From: Antedon mediterranea | Lineage: Eukaryota > Animalia > Echinodermata | DNA length: 64,000 nucleotides | Assembly: GCF_964355755.1 (NCBI RefSeq) | Contig: NC_092677.1 | Span: 18,002,101 to 18,066,100, forward strand | Direction of reading: 5' to 3' | Shown: one piece after another, positions 1 to 53,600 of the stretch | Numbering within the stretch: position 1 is the stretch's first letter | Layout of the letters: the number at the start of each line of letters is the position of its first letter | The notes under the pieces: generated by a model | The model's input: the letters and a program-made list of their open reading frames with translations, nothing else | Told to the model about the DNA's origin: nothing | Database searches by the model: none | Made by a program: the position numbers and the translations under genes

Positions 1-1105
1 TGGTGCTGTTTTCAGTGCTTTTTCTTCCAAATCTTCCAGACACCAATTTGCAACAATAGGGCTGATGGGACTGCCCATGGCAATACCGCCAATCTGTTTA
101 TATATTTTTTCTTGGAAGCTGAAATAAGTGGTATTAATGACAAGTGATAGTAAATCTATTATATCTGAGATCAGTTCCTCAACTAGTTGTTTTGAATTGT
201 CGACGTGGTGGCAAGAGGTGCCTACCAATGGAGAGGAGTTTCAGTTAATTTTTTACCCAAGTTATATTAGATGTTGTTTATGCAATCCATAATAGGTCGT
301 AGTGGGACATCAGGTTTGTGGATTTTGGGTAAACAGTATAACCTTGGTGTGATTTCTTCAGTTGGGAATGTAAGTAGCTTATTCTTTATTGCTAATTTTT
401 GTCTCACCTAGAAGCCGTTTTAATATTTTAACATACTGTGTTTTGTATCTTTTGGTAGGGTTGTGGTTTAAGGCCTGGTATACCTTATCATCATTAAGCA
501 TCTCTTTGACTTTTTGTATGTAATCAGCATTGTTTAGAGTAACTTTTGCCCTTCTCTTGTCGGCTGGTAGGATTAATATGTCCTTGTCTTTCTTTAAGGG
601 ATCTAAAGCAATGTGTTGATCTTCTGTAATGTTACTAGGTGGGAGTTTTACGGAGCTTATGATAGAGGCCATTTTACTTCGTAGCGCACCACGGTCGTTT
701 GGTCCCACTAAGTACGCTGCTTTTCCACTAGCTACGATCAGGTCTTCTATAGGCTTAATCGTTGGGGTGACGGCAAAATTTAGGCCTTTCTCCAGTAACG
801 AATTTCATGTGAATTTAAGTTTCTGTTACTGAGATTAATTACCCATTTTTGTTTTAATTAGTTACCTGTTAGATCTCCTTCTTGTGTTAGGTTGTCTTTT
901 AGTAATTGTGTTTTTACTTTCCATGTATCCAGTTTTTTGAGTTGTTGATCCCTTGTGCGTTTGAATTCGGTTTCTTTGTAGTTGTTTTGTGATTCCGTGT
1001 TGTGCTTAGCATCCCTCTGTCGTCCACAAGCTCTTCCAAATTTTTTAATATCCTTGCTGACGTTTGTGATTCTTTCGTTTAAGAGTAGTTTTTCTGCATT
1101 TAGGT
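1..1105 (-). mobile_element. Penelope-like retroelement, degraded RT ORF (continues off the window)
   Basis: Minus-strand peptides ILPADK, PRLYCLPKIHKPDVPLRPI and YFSFQEKIYKQIGGIAMGSPISPIVAN, typical of PLE reverse transcriptase. Confidence 0.88.
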
Positions 1106-2630
1106 AAACCTGAAAGTTCTATAGATGGCGGTATACCAAATACGATATATCATGGTAACAATTTCAAGTCACATGGACTAACTCATGATTAAGCTGAGTC
1201 GTTGACCAGCGAAAGCTAGAGTAGTAAATTTTACAAAATTTATTTGCCTTTGGATCATCAAAAAGAAAAATTATTTGAATGGAATTAATAACGATTAAAA
1301 TTTGAACCCTTTTCTAAAACCAGCTTGTTCTTGATGTAAAATGTTATTTTCTTCTCCCCAAAATTGTAATCTCTTATTGTAGGAAACAAGGCCATACATA
1401 TACATGGCTGCAGTCGCGTGCTCAATTTAGTATTTACCGACCAACCGACTAAAACGACATCCTGTAAAAAGCCACCCAACAATGGACTATACCATTTCAA
1501 AAAGGGGGTGTCATATAATGAACTTGTATTTAATTGTGCGTTATTAATAGGAATGTAGCATGGGTAATCATTGTTTGGTGTTTGGAATTACAACATTTTA
1601 TTTTATAAATGTAAATTTGGAATTCTTAGGACTTACACAAGAATAATAATCAATATTTTAAATAAAACATTTATTTGTTTACTATTACTCTACATTTGGT
1701 TAAATATCACATACTCATATATACACTGAATAAGTATTGGACTTTATAACCATTTTGTCAAATTAAAAACATTACATTATTAAATTTAATAAATAAATGA
1801 AATACACTGAAGTATATCAGTTTACCAGAAATAAAGATTGTTTTATATTTGATTTCATAAAGTTTATTGAATCTAGGCCTATAGGCCTATATAAATTTAT
1901 GTAAGGGCAAAATTCGGTAAATCGCGCGTTATTTCTAGAATGTTTACTCGATGGTATATAAAGTTGGTTCGTACTTTCGGTACAGATTTTAACCATCTGA
2001 TGTAACCCTGTTTACTAATTAAATTAAGTTCGATAATTAGTTATTATATTATTTAGGTGCCCCAAATATGATTGTTTTCCGATCGTGGTAAACACTGTCT
2101 AATGGATGTCCACCTTGAAAAATACCCGCACACAATTGTGCGAGGATGCTTCGCATTGTCCTATCTCCTCCTACGATAATTGTTTTTTAATGGCTGAAAA
2201 CCAGTTGAACAGCTCGAGTACAGCATCATAATGTTGAAGACCATCTAGTTTACTGAAATTCATGACAACAATGTTTAATATGCATAAATAGGTCTAGCAT
2301 AGTTAGTAAGTAGGCCCTACCCCCACCGTTCACGTACAATACATACAATCGGCCTAGAAATTATTTATTTACGATGTCTATTTAGGAATTAGCTTTGTTT
2401 AAAAAATCAGTTCCCCGTCAAGTCTATATATTGAAGAATATAAAATCATCTACACATACACCACAAGGATATTTTATTATCCATTTTGTGGTTAAAAATC
2501 AATAGTTTACAAAATAAAGGAAAATTGTGGCGTGCGTGCAAATAGCAGAAGTGTCAGCCTTTTCGTAAGGTCGTGCATGCCTTTGTGGTGGATCGAGTGT
2601 GGGTTGGACGGTCTAGGCTAGCTTTCGAAA

Positions 2631-2751
2631 TAGTCCTGCAGGTTCATATAGAACATCATGATAAACAAACTCACGATAATTTCTGAATGATAGGTAGGTT
2701 CACATTCAGAAGTTTCTTTATCATGATGTTCTATACGAACCTGCAGGATTA
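2631..2751. repeat. Short inverted repeat (MITE-like hairpin)
   Basis: TCCTGCAGGTTCATATAGAACATCATGATAAA versus TTTATCATGATGTTCTATACGAACCTGCAGGA, near-perfect 32-bp arms. Confidence 0.7.
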
Positions 2752-2880
2752 ACGCGGTTCACATGATGATTATTTATCGTGACGTCCCTGTTCATACATC
2801 GATGAGCATCCTTACCGAAGAGTAGATCGAGTCCGAAACGAACCGATCGAGGAACTACAGTACGGAAACAAAACTCGCCA

Positions 2881-4745
2881 TATTAATAATAATTTATTTG
2901 GAGTTTACACTTTTACAACAGTGGCACTCGACCAAGTGGAAGGTGCATCCATAAGAAATAAAAAAAAAAAAAAAATTATGATATAGTAAATTACAATTAC
3001 AATAAAAAAGTCGATGTAGGTCAACATGTCAAAACAATTCGACTACAGTAACTACAATACAATAGATAATATCACTACAGCAGCAGGAAACCCACTGACA
3101 CATAAAATACAAAACTACAAGAAATAAACATAGGATAAATTAGGAATTGTACAATATAAAATGAATTGGGCAACAACAATGTAGACCTATCCCTACAATG
3201 AGATAGATATCAATCATTTGGTTTAATTGATATGAGCATTACTTGCTCAGAACAACACATCTGTGTGCCCATGCTCTTTTAACATAGTGCTTACAATAAC
3301 GATCAAAGACATTTGATATGGAATCGACGTCATACATATAATAGTAGTTATCAGTTCCACCTAATACAAGATTTAATTTGGTGTTCAGGTCACCAGAGAT
3401 AAAATCTTCCCATCATCTAAATGATTGACATTGATTAACATATATTCTAATTTGGTATATTCTTCAATCCTTATGCCATTGAGTTGGTTACATGTGAATA
3501 GAAAATGTGTAATGTCTTCTAAACCATTCTTACACATTTTACAGATACCATCATAATCAGGAAGCCACTTACAACTCCTGTGACCTAAAGGAAGGGTGTT
3601 AGAACGCAGTTTGAATATCGAGGCTAGCACCTAGAAAGTCTGTACAATCCAATAGAAATTTTTCAACGCATGGATTAGACTTAACAAGATAGTATGTCTG
3701 AAGTGACGACTTTTTTAGCATTTCATATTTCCAAAATGCAATGTTTGTGTCATGCATCACCTCTTTAAATCTCTTAACCCACTGACTATCAGGGTCATTG
3801 CCAAGGTAGGAAATTTTGAAAATCGAATCGATGTCCACATTAATAGACACACACACGTCTTAGCAAAACTGGGGATCAGTTTATAGCGTGGTTCTACATT
3901 TGTAAGCATAACATTAGGCCAACGGTGTTTATCCATGTTCATTACATGGCTCAGATATATCTTGAATAACTTTAATTGGAACCCACCCTAAATCCCCATA
4001 CAAGGCCTCTTTAGGTGTATTTCTACTAGCTTTTAAAATGAACCGCGCCATTTGTAATTGAAGTGACTCAATTTTATCAATATCTTTCCTGCTTTGGCTG
4101 ACCCACACTGAACAAGCATAATTTATTGTAGGAAGAGTAATTGTTTTCCATAAAATGTCACCATAGAGAATTCTACTAAAATTATCAAATCGGTCTATAA
4201 TTGACTTAATATAAGCAATGACTTTATTACCTTTATTGATGGTTTGGTCGATGTGAAATGATCTGAGATATTTATTGATATGTAAGTACCAAGATATTTA
4301 TAGGTTTCAACCTCAGAAATATATTGATCGCCAAATTTCCACATCTTATTGTTCACGCGTTGTCCAACAATAAGGACCTTCGACTTTTCATGATTAAAAT
4401 TGAATTTCCATGACTTTGCAAATTTAGATGCTAGATTGAGCATCTCACTCAGATAATTTTCATTGTTTGCCATAAGTACAACGTCGTCTGCCCAAAAAAG
4501 GCTCCCCATACATACATTATAAATACGAACACCTAGATCATGTTTTTTGAGTAATTTGGTAAACTCGTGCATAAGAATACAAAACAAAGTCGGTGATAAA
4601 ACACATCCCTGTTTAACTCCTCCATCAATATTAAAGAATTCGGTGTCTATTTTAGCAAATCTTACTTTACCTTGCACATCGTGATATAAACTATCGATTA
4701 ATTTCCATAGACGACCTCTAAAATCCCAATATTCCATATTGTGAT
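2881..4745 (-). mobile_element. 5'-truncated non-LTR retrotransposon (RTE-X/CR1-like), frameshifted
   Basis: GVKQGCVLSPTLF, LFWADDVVL, YKYLG, C-terminal CxxC..EDxxHFLFxC; AATAAA and (TTA)n tail near 2881-2900. Confidence 0.85.
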
Positions 4746-5116
4746 GTCTTGCACAAAATCGCGAATATCTAGACTTTCTTGCCCGAAACTACGATTACTT
4801 TTATTTTACTTTCACGATTTAAATCCTGTGATTTGAAAAACGTTCTTGGTACCATTTGTAAAGCTAAACACATGTTTAAATTTGAAGGTTTGCATGCCGA
4901 AATCAAATTTGTGGTATTTTTATGTACCCGAATATGAGCACTGTTTCTATAATTTACAGTATGATTTATATATATATATATATATAAATCCAAAGGCAAA
5001 TTACTGAAAAAAATGACAAATGCTGTGGGTATCAGTGGCTGGATCTCAATGGAGATACAAAAATAAAAAGCGAAAAGCTAAATCAAAACGATAAAGTAAA
5101 CAGCCAAAAAAGTTAG

Positions 5117-5150
5117 CAGAGCTTTCGGGCAACACTAGCCCTTCATCAGT
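5117..5150 (-). ncRNA. Minimal Penelope-type hammerhead ribozyme motif, stem I truncated
   Basis: CUGAUGA-A-GGGC(UAGUGUU)GCCC-GAAA-GC-UC with palindromic AGCU stem III; the 5' side is replaced by (AT)n. Confidence 0.65.
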
Positions 5151-5293
5151 ATATATATATATATATATCCGGTGAACTAAAAACATAACCCCTACCCCAC
5201 AAATGTACGATAAATAATGAAACTGATTGTTTTGTTAAGTTGTGTACATATTTATAGCTATAAATAAATAAAATAACAGCAGAAAACTTGGTT

Positions 5294-5380
5294 ACTTCAT
5301 TGTTTTAATCGCTACAAATCTGTTTCGTATGACCAGCATGTAGCTGGCCGCACTCGTCAGGCGAAATATAAAACATAAGT
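5294..5380 (-). ncRNA. Complete type I hammerhead ribozyme
   Basis: UCGC-CUGACGA-GUGCGGCCAGC(UACAU)GCUGGUCAUAC-GAAA-CA(GAUU)UG-UA^GCGA; stem I UCGC/GCGA extended by UGUUUUA/UAAAACA. Confidence 0.85.
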
Positions 5381-5968
5381 GACACAGTTATATCACAGAG
5401 CTTAATTGAAGTGAGTCATCAGGAAGTCTTATATAATAGCCTATTGTTTTATAGCTATTTATAGCTATATATATGTATCTAAAAATGGTTATATAAATCC
5501 GAATTTATATACCTGTCATATATGAATCATTTTAGCCAATTTTATTGGCATATTTAGAAGATATTGACATGTTTGTAGATTCCCGAATTTTTCCATTTTC
5601 AAAAAAGATGTTACCTTTTGACCTTTTGTAATGTCATTAATTATTTAATTACCACATATTTTATATAAATTGTAGAGCAGACAATATTCTATACATTGAT
5701 ACCAAGAATGAATGATTTGTCTCAAGGAAAACTGTATTTATTGCTATTTGTATTACCCCCTACCCCAAAATTGGTAACAAATCTGAAATTAAATCGTTTT
5801 TTAAAATCCGTTAAAAACCCATCTCGGGAAAGAGGATATTTGATGTCAACATCTATTTTGTAGTTCAGCGGTACATAAAATACTAAAATGTAGGGATGTG
5901 GTGGGGTGCAGGGGGACCCCTCCCAGCCCATGGACTAGAATATTAGTGCTGAAAAGAACTGTTTAGTT

Positions 5969-6006
5969 TCTCAACGTTTCGATAAATATTCTTTGATCGT
6001 CCTCAC
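5969..6006 (-). ncRNA. Degenerate minimal hammerhead motif
   Basis: gUGAGGA-C-GAU..AUC-GAAA-CG-UU with ACGU palindrome; the first core C is lost. Confidence 0.4.
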
Positions 6007-6391
6007 CATACGTGGTGTACCGCAAACTTTATATCAAAACCAACAAAGCTAAAATCGTTATGATTACATATCAATCAGATCACAGGCTTACGTAGTTTCA
6101 ATCAGCTTAGTAAAAACATTAAAATTGGCTAAAAACGCTGGCGGTAACAATTTCTAACGGGGAAAATCTCTATTTTGAAATATCAAAATAAGACAGCTAT
6201 ATTGTCAAATTAATAAATAATAAATTTCAAATCCGTCTTCTCGTGATTGTGCACAGATTAGTTCTACTTGAATGCGTGCATTATACAGATTAATTCACCA
6301 TTGAGTCCGTGACAACAAACTTTGGTAGAGCTTTTGACAAAAATAGTCACCATACAAAAGATTAATTGAATTGGAAATTTGACATTTGAGG

Positions 6392-6457
6392 TTTAAAAGC
6401 ACCACCCAAAACTATTAGTTCTGACATTTTACAGTTTTCTACCATAAAACGGACGAT
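6392..6457 (+). promoter_or_regulatory. Putative core promoter and non-coding first exon of the cellulase gene
   Basis: TTTAAAA at 6392-6398, Inr-like TTAGTT at 6415-6420 about 25 nt downstream, donor GTAAGT at 6458, acceptor AG at 6584-6585 just before AAAATG (ATG at 6589). Confidence 0.5.
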
Positions 6458-6588
6458 GTAAGTATCCTATAGTTTGAACAACATAATGTTCTATATTATG
6501 TTTGTAAATGAATTTTACATTTTTAATAATAATTTTGAGTAGTGGGTAAAAATATGTCTTTCTGTACACTTTTCTAATGTTAAAGAAA

Positions 6589-46144
<39,556 letters not shown>

Positions 46145-46350
46145 TGGACCATCCAGGTACAAAAAGATGCAAGCATCATTTACTTAGTGTCATCGATTTG
46201 CCACTAGTACTTCCCTCCTTAGTGGACTAAAAGTATAATGTAAAATGTTTGGCATTGCTTCACAATCGCGTCTCAACATTTTTAAATCCAATCTCCAATT
46301 ATATTAGCTGTATATAATACTTGATAGTATAGTATAGAAAATTGGATTGT

Positions 46351-46356
46351 AATAAA
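46351..46356 (+). terminator. Probable polyadenylation signal of the cellulase gene
   Basis: First AATAAA about 200 nt after the stop codon. Confidence 0.45.
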
Positions 46357-48110
46357 TGTAATTATGTTTAACAATGCCTCATGGCTAGTGATCAATTAAC
46401 CAAAACTATGTATACGCATATTCAACTCAGATTTAGCACTGCATACTCAAATAGTTTTCTATTGAGTTTCATTTAGAAATTTAAATATATAATGTTATTT
46501 ATTTATTATAAATAATAATAGTACACCAGTTTAAAATAAACTTATATTTAGAAAATAAGAATATCGTAATAAGCACTTCTATCAGTCGTAGTGTATGTTT
46601 TTAACAATAGGAAATTCGTATTACGAGGGACAGGTAAGATCTTGATGGGTGCATGTTGCTATTGCACCTGTCAATAAGAGTAAAACACAATTTGCAACAA
46701 ATTAACATTGCGATACATCTCGCTCTCTCCAGAGATGTTTCCAAATGCAACAAAAAGTGAATACTGTGACTATTTTGTGACATAGCAATGGCCTATATAA
46801 AAAAAGGGGGTTTTCAGGGGAAAGATACACATTTAATGTTCAATCTTTTGTATTTTATTTATGTGGCAGTGTCCCATATCCATACACGATCCTAAGCTGG
46901 ACTCAATGTTCCCGGATATCGCAGCAATCACAATGACATCCAAAATAAGTACACGCTATCCTTACAGTCAACCGAAGGTTTAGAGCTAATCATAAACACG
47001 AAGATCAAATAGTTGTCTTAAGTATCAATTCTTGCAGGATTATTGAAAAGAAAAATACTTACATAGCATTCCTGTACTTCCGAAAAGAGTTTGATACTGC
47101 TGTATGTCGAGATGGAATGTTAACATTTATATTTATATAAGTTACAAATCTACTGAAGACTATCGCACCATCCACAGTTTTTCGGAACTAAAGATAGATG
47201 CCATGTGTTGCGTCTGGCCAGATGAAAGGGTCTACCGTACCTGTACATTTATAGATGTTGTGGCGCACAATAATTAAAAGATGAAAGTGGTAGAGGATAC
47301 AATGTTTGTTAAAGGCATGCTGAAGGGATTTCAATGTAATGGTACATTTCGTGTTTTGATGTTGCACATACTTTTGTGTTATGTTCCTGTGCTTGAAGGA
47401 TGACTGTTGTTGATGAAGGATTCTCATCTCACCCATTGATTTTGATGTTGGAAGTGTCTGTTCTCACATTTCATTGGTCATGTATGTGGCATATCGTTGT
47501 TTAGTCTAATAGTGCATCTATCTGTCTGACGGCTTATTTTAACCAACTATGAACTTTCTTGATGAAAAACATAAGTTCAAGTCCGAATCATTGCATTGTC
47601 CTAACCATAGGTCATTGAGGTACTAAATGATCTTTCGCATGGTCAAGTCTACGATTCCTAAATTTACACTTTTGCATAGCAAATAATGATTCGATTGTAA
47701 AATCTAAAAGTTACTCCAAATCCGTCAAATTTTTTTCTCAAATCTCCTGTTTCTCATTATGGTAATTTTGTCTTGATAACTCAGGAACTTCACGAGAATG
47801 TGGCGCGGTCGCGAATTCTTTCCAATATGGAGTTTCCCGTCCCAATGAGCTCGCTCAACCACAATATCCTTCAAGTCAAACATGTCATGTAATACCTTCT
47901 GCACAATGGTTTCTACATGTTCACCTTTCTCTTCTTTATAGCCGACAATACGAATATTGTTTCTCCTTGAATGTCTCTCCAACTTATACATATTTTCAAT
48001 CTAGTCTTTTTGACAGTTAATCGAAGCCCTTGTTGGGTTGTAAAGGCTGGTTTCCTGTCGACGTAAGAAGTCGAATTTTGCAACGATTCTTGAGTTTCAT
48101 ACGTTTCTTA

Positions 48111-49602
48111 AGGCTGGTTTCCTGTCGACGTAAGAAGTCGAATTTTGCAACGATTCTTGCGTTTCATACGTTTCTTACGTCTCTTACGAAAGTTGAGAAA
48201 AAATTGACGTCGTTGACGTTAGTCAAGATCGTGTCGGGCCACAGAGAAACATCTGTAGTTATGCTGCTCCCGAAAGTTGAAATTCTGGCTGTGAAACACA
48301 CGTCGTATGCTTACGTCGATTTTAGTGTTGTTACGAAAGTTGAAATTTTTTTCTTACGTCGGTCAGATTTATGACGTATTTGAAACAACATCTCTGATTG
48401 GTGTTTCTTTTTAGAGCGGGTTTTATCATTTTTCGCGCGAAATGTTGAATGTTGTTATTGTACCTGTAGCTACTCAGCAGCAGTGTCAGTGCAGCACACC
48501 AACATATTATTTTTAGTAGATAGGCTAGGCCCTAGTATTAGTAATAATACTTACTCCATGATTAATACTGTACTAATAGGAATTTATTTTACCAAAATCT
48601 AACCAAACTAGCCTAGGAGCCTAGCCTAGTAGGCCTATGTACTATTGTATGAATCAAAATATGAATGAATTATTCTGGCCTATAGCCTTAAATAGTTTTC
48701 AAAATTAAAAAAAGGCAAATCATTTCGGAATTCCTATTATTATTAGACCTACTTATGCCCTAGGCTAGGCCTTTGCCTATGGGCCCAGGCATACTCTAAT
48801 CGAGCATGAGATCGTACTACCGTAGTAAGATACCCATTATTTACAGGCCTATAATAAGAATAAATTTAACAAAACAATATAAATTATACAAAATCAAGCA
48901 AACATTTTTTTTTTTAAAGTTACATAATAATATTATATTGCTTACAAAGAGGCTTTCTATATCTTATCTTGTTGCAAATGTTCACCTTTCGCGACGTTTC
49001 TACCGACAAATAGAACAGAAGAATGTCGGTTTCTTTGAAATGCTGATTGTTTATTGCACGTCCATAAATAAGTGTATTATATTTTGATATGAGTTGTAAA
49101 CTCCCTGATTAGAACATTATTATATTGAAACTATACTGTGCATTTGTAAAGTATGTACAACATTGTAAAGTGGGCTAAAATTATAGTAGTAAATACATAC
49201 AAATGTTATTGTCCGGCTTTATTTCACTGTAAGGTCATACACATTACGTCATAACTCTTGTCGCTTATTGGTTGCTTGTCACGATTGCGCTTACGTCTCT
49301 TGCGAAAGTTGACTTCAAGTCAACTTTCGTAAGAGACGTAAGAAACGTGACGCAAGGGCGTTCATTCAAGCGTAAGATAAAAAATCCCGGTTTCCTGTAA
49401 AATCGGAAGAAAACGTCGTAACGCAACAATTGTTAGGTCATCGGTTTCCTGTAAAATCGTTTGTCGTTACCATTTTTCTTACGTTGCGTCGATTTTATAA
49501 ATTTTCGATCGTAATCGGTTTCCTGTAAAATCTGCATTTCTTACGACAAATCGACGTAGTCGCAACAAAAGTGATGTTCTTACGTCGACAGGAAACCAGC
49601 CT
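48111..49602. mobile_element. Same family, intact 1,492-bp copy B nested in A
   Basis: Full TIRs; TTA TSD at 48108-10 and 49603-05; copy A resumes colinearly afterwards. Confidence 0.92.
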
Positions 49603-50169
49603 TTACGTCTCTTACGAAAGTTGAGAAAAAATTGACGTCGTTGACGTTAATCAAGATCGTGTCGGGCCGCAGAGAAATATCTGTAGTTATGCTGCTCCCG
49701 AAAGTTGAAATTTTGGCTGTGAAACACACGTCGTATGCTTACGCCGATTTTAGTGTTGTTACGAAAGTTGAAATTTTTTTCTTACGTCGGTCAGATTTAT
49801 GACGTATTTGAAACAACATCTGTGATTGGTGTTTCTTTTTAGAGCGGGTTTTATCCTTTTTCGCGCGAAATGTTGAATGTTGTTATTGTACCTGTAGCTA
49901 CTCAGGTCAGTGCAGCACACCAACATATTATTTTCAGTAGATAGGCTAGGCCCTAGTATTAGTAATAATACTTAATTAATACTGTACTAATATGAATTGA
50001 TTTGACCAAAATCTAATCAAACTAGCCTAGGAGCCTAGGCTAGTAATGTACTACTGTATGAATAAAAATATGAATTAATTATCCTGGCCCTCTAGGTCTA
50101 GTCTTAAATAGTTTTCAAAATTAAAAAAAGGCAAATCATTTCGGGATTCCTATTATTATTAGACCTACC

Positions 50170-50197
50170 CATGGAACTATTATATTATAGTTCCATG
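50170..50197. mobile_element. 28-bp CATGG..CCATG palindrome inserted in copy A (P-like footprint)
   Basis: CATGGAACTATTATATTATAGTTCCATG, absent from copies B and C; TSD degraded (CTACC / CTAGGCC). Confidence 0.5.
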
Positions 50198-50601
50198 CTA
50201 GGCCCTAGGCTAGGCCATAGTACTACCGCAGTAAGATACCCATTATTTACAGGCCTATAATAAGAATAAATTTAACAAAACAATATAAATTATACAAAAT
50301 CAAGCAAACATTTTTTAAGTTACATAATAATATTATATTGCTTACAAAGGGGCTTTCTATATCTTATCTTTTTGAAAATGTTCATTTTCGTGACGTTTCT
50401 ACCGATGCTGATTGTTTATTGCACGTTCATAAATAAGAGTATTAGATTTTGATATGAGTTGTAAACTCCCTGATTAGAACATTATTAGGCCTATATTGAA
50501 ACTACTGTGCATTTGTAAAGTATGTACAACATCGTAAAGTGGGCTAAAATTATAGTAGTAAATACATACAAATGTTATTGTCCGGCTTTATTTCACTATA
50601 A

Positions 50602-53600
50602 AGGCTGGTTTCCTGTCGACGTAAGAAGTCGAATTTTGCAACGATTCTTGCGTTTCATACGTTTCTTACGTCTCTTACGAAAGTTGAGAAAAAATTGACG
50701 TCGTTGACGTTAGTCAAGATCGTGTCGGGCCACAGAGAAACATCTGTAGTTATGCTGCTCCCGAAAGTTGAAATTTTGGCTGTGAAACACACGTCGTATG
50801 CTTACGTCGATATTAGTGTTGTTACGAAAGTTGAAATTTTTTTCTTACGTCGGTCAGATTTATGACGTATTTGAAACAACATCTCTGATTGGTGTTTCTT
50901 TTTAGAGCGGGTTTTATCATTTTTCGCGCAAAATGTTGAATGTTGTTATTGTACCTGTAGTAGCTACTCAGCAGTAGTGTCAGTGCAGCACACCAACATA
51001 TTATTTTTAGTAGATAGGCTAGGCCCTAGTATTAGTAATAATACTTACTCCATGATTAATACTGTACTAATAGGAATTTATTTGACCAAAATCTAACCAA
51101 ACTAGCCTAGGAGCCTAGGCTAGTAGGCCTATGTACTATTGTATGAATCAAAATATGAATGAATTATTCTGGCCTATAGCCTTAAATAGTTTTCAAAATT
51201 AAAAAAAGGCAAATCATTTCGGGATTCCTATTATTATTACAGTCGGAAAGCCGCGTTGGTAACGCATCACTGATTTCATTCATTGTGAGGGCGCGCTTCG
51301 TGGAAAATGTTGGAATTTTTGCTATTTTAGTACACTTTGAAAATTGTATAATTTTGATATTAGATGAAATCAATAAACGTATTTCAATAGTTGAACTGCA
51401 AGCGTAAATAATGATAAAGACTGTGATCTAAATTCCACAGTTTTTTTGTTTCGAGAAATATCATTATTTTGTGTAAAAACTTTTTTATTTATATTTTTTT
51501 TTAAATGATGGTAAAAAATCATTAAATTTCATATTTTCTAGATAAGGTTTCAAAGCGAATTTAAAATCCTTTCAAGATAAACTATTAAGCTATCTATTAA
51601 AATAAAAATCTAATTTTAAGCTTTCTTGGGATGCAACTCCCACTAATCAAACCAAACCTACTACATTTCTGTTCAGTTACGATCGAAAAACCGCCATTTT
51701 GAAACTTTGTTTACGTTTCACGAAGCTGGTACGAATCGACCCGGACCGAATCGTGTCCCTGTTTAATCCGGTTGTTCATGCAGGCGTACTGCGTCACAGG
51801 CCTAAGGTTTCAATCTGCTGCCCGATTATTGTTCTATTTGGTTTCTGAGCTAGGAAAGGCCTACTTAGACTAGCTACTATAATTACTTACTTAACTTCTA
51901 GCCTAGCTAGGCCTAAAAATAGTATTTTCTAGGCCTAGTTAGGCTAGGTAATTCTGATAGTAGTTTGTGTTATAGTAGGGCCTATAGTAGCTGGAGTAGA
52001 AGTAGACATAATCTGGGTATTCCATAATCTAGGCTGGTAGGTCTATCCCAGCTCATATACCAAGCAAGAAGAAGCCTGAAGAAGAACCTAGGCCCAGAAA
52101 AAATTACAAACACTGTTAAAAAACAATAAATTGAAAAACAAAGTGCCAAAAGATAACCCATTTTCAATTTATATATAAATATGGTGGGGAATGTTATTTA
52201 TAAAATCAGGCATCTTTTGTTTGAGAGACTCAACCATGTATTTTTATATGGTCATGTTTTTAAAAAAGATAATTATTAGCCCATCATTTACTTGAGTATT
52301 GTTAATTGGTTGGTACTTATAAGTATATCAATATCTGGCAGTAAATGTCACACTTGTATACAGAAATATTCTATTACTTTATTAGATACAACTTACATTT
52401 CACACAAGCAATACATTTTTTCTTTTTATGTATACATATACAGAATGTGAAAAAATACAACCTTTCAAACAATTACTGATACAAATAGTAAATACTATAC
52501 TGTATATAAAAACTTCTAATAGCACCTTGTTCATCAGACATAACAAACTAGCTAGGCCTAATACTGTAAATATAAAATATGCCACCATATGTACTTTTTG
52601 AGATATCATTTTTACTTGAGTCTTACTGTTGTACTGATTTTATGATTGTTTTATGTTTATATTGTATGCATCTGTGCGACTCTGGTTAATAAAGTAAATC
52701 AATCAATCAATTGCAACTTAATTTATATCTTTATAAAAATTTACTGATCTGAAACACTTCTACAACTTAAATGAATATAAATTTATATGTTATAATAGCG
52801 AATAAAATGAAAAACTATCAGCAATGATATTGAAATCGAGAAAACCACTTTACAGCTTCCACCGTCCAACCTCATATTGAAGAACGAGATAGAAAATCTT
52901 GATACCAACAAAAAACCTGAAATGAAAATGAATAGCTGAAATGTAAAGAACTATTTAAATAATTGTCACTATGACGAAAACATTTTCTTAAATACTGTAT
53001 AATTATATAATTATTCCACAACCTGAAAACATATTCAGATAAAATATGACTGTACTGTAGGCCTACCATAAAAAAGCACTAAACACAAAACTTCCTTGTG
53101 TCTGTATATTTATTGTATAATTATTAATACAGTAAATAAATTGTACCAATCAGTTGCCAATAATGAGGATATTTAACTATATGTCAGGCTGCGATTGGCT
53201 TAATTATCTTTTTAAAACCTTCCCAACGCATCTTCAATATAGAGTAGGATTAACGAAACTTTAATAATACTAAATTGTAACTAAAGTATTTTAATTATCA
53301 ACATGTTACTAAGGCTAAAGCCTAGGCCGATATTACGACAACGATCCACCAGGTCGTGCACACACCCACACCTGCAACAACCACAATCAACACACCATGC
53401 ACCACACACGACGGAACTAGTGCCGCGAGACGTAACAATTATGTGAAATGAGGACCTTTTTTAAAATGTTCGCTGTAGGAAGCTTAAATAGGGTTTCAAG
53501 CCAATTTTAACGTAAAACAGACTATTGATACTTACTCTATCCATATACGCCGATTTTTTGGTAATTCACTGTATGGGATGCAAATCCCACTAATGGAAAA

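Noticed and set aside
2815-2850. CCGAAGA..CGAAAC hammerhead-like string
   Set aside because: The core U is missing and no stem II pairing exists.
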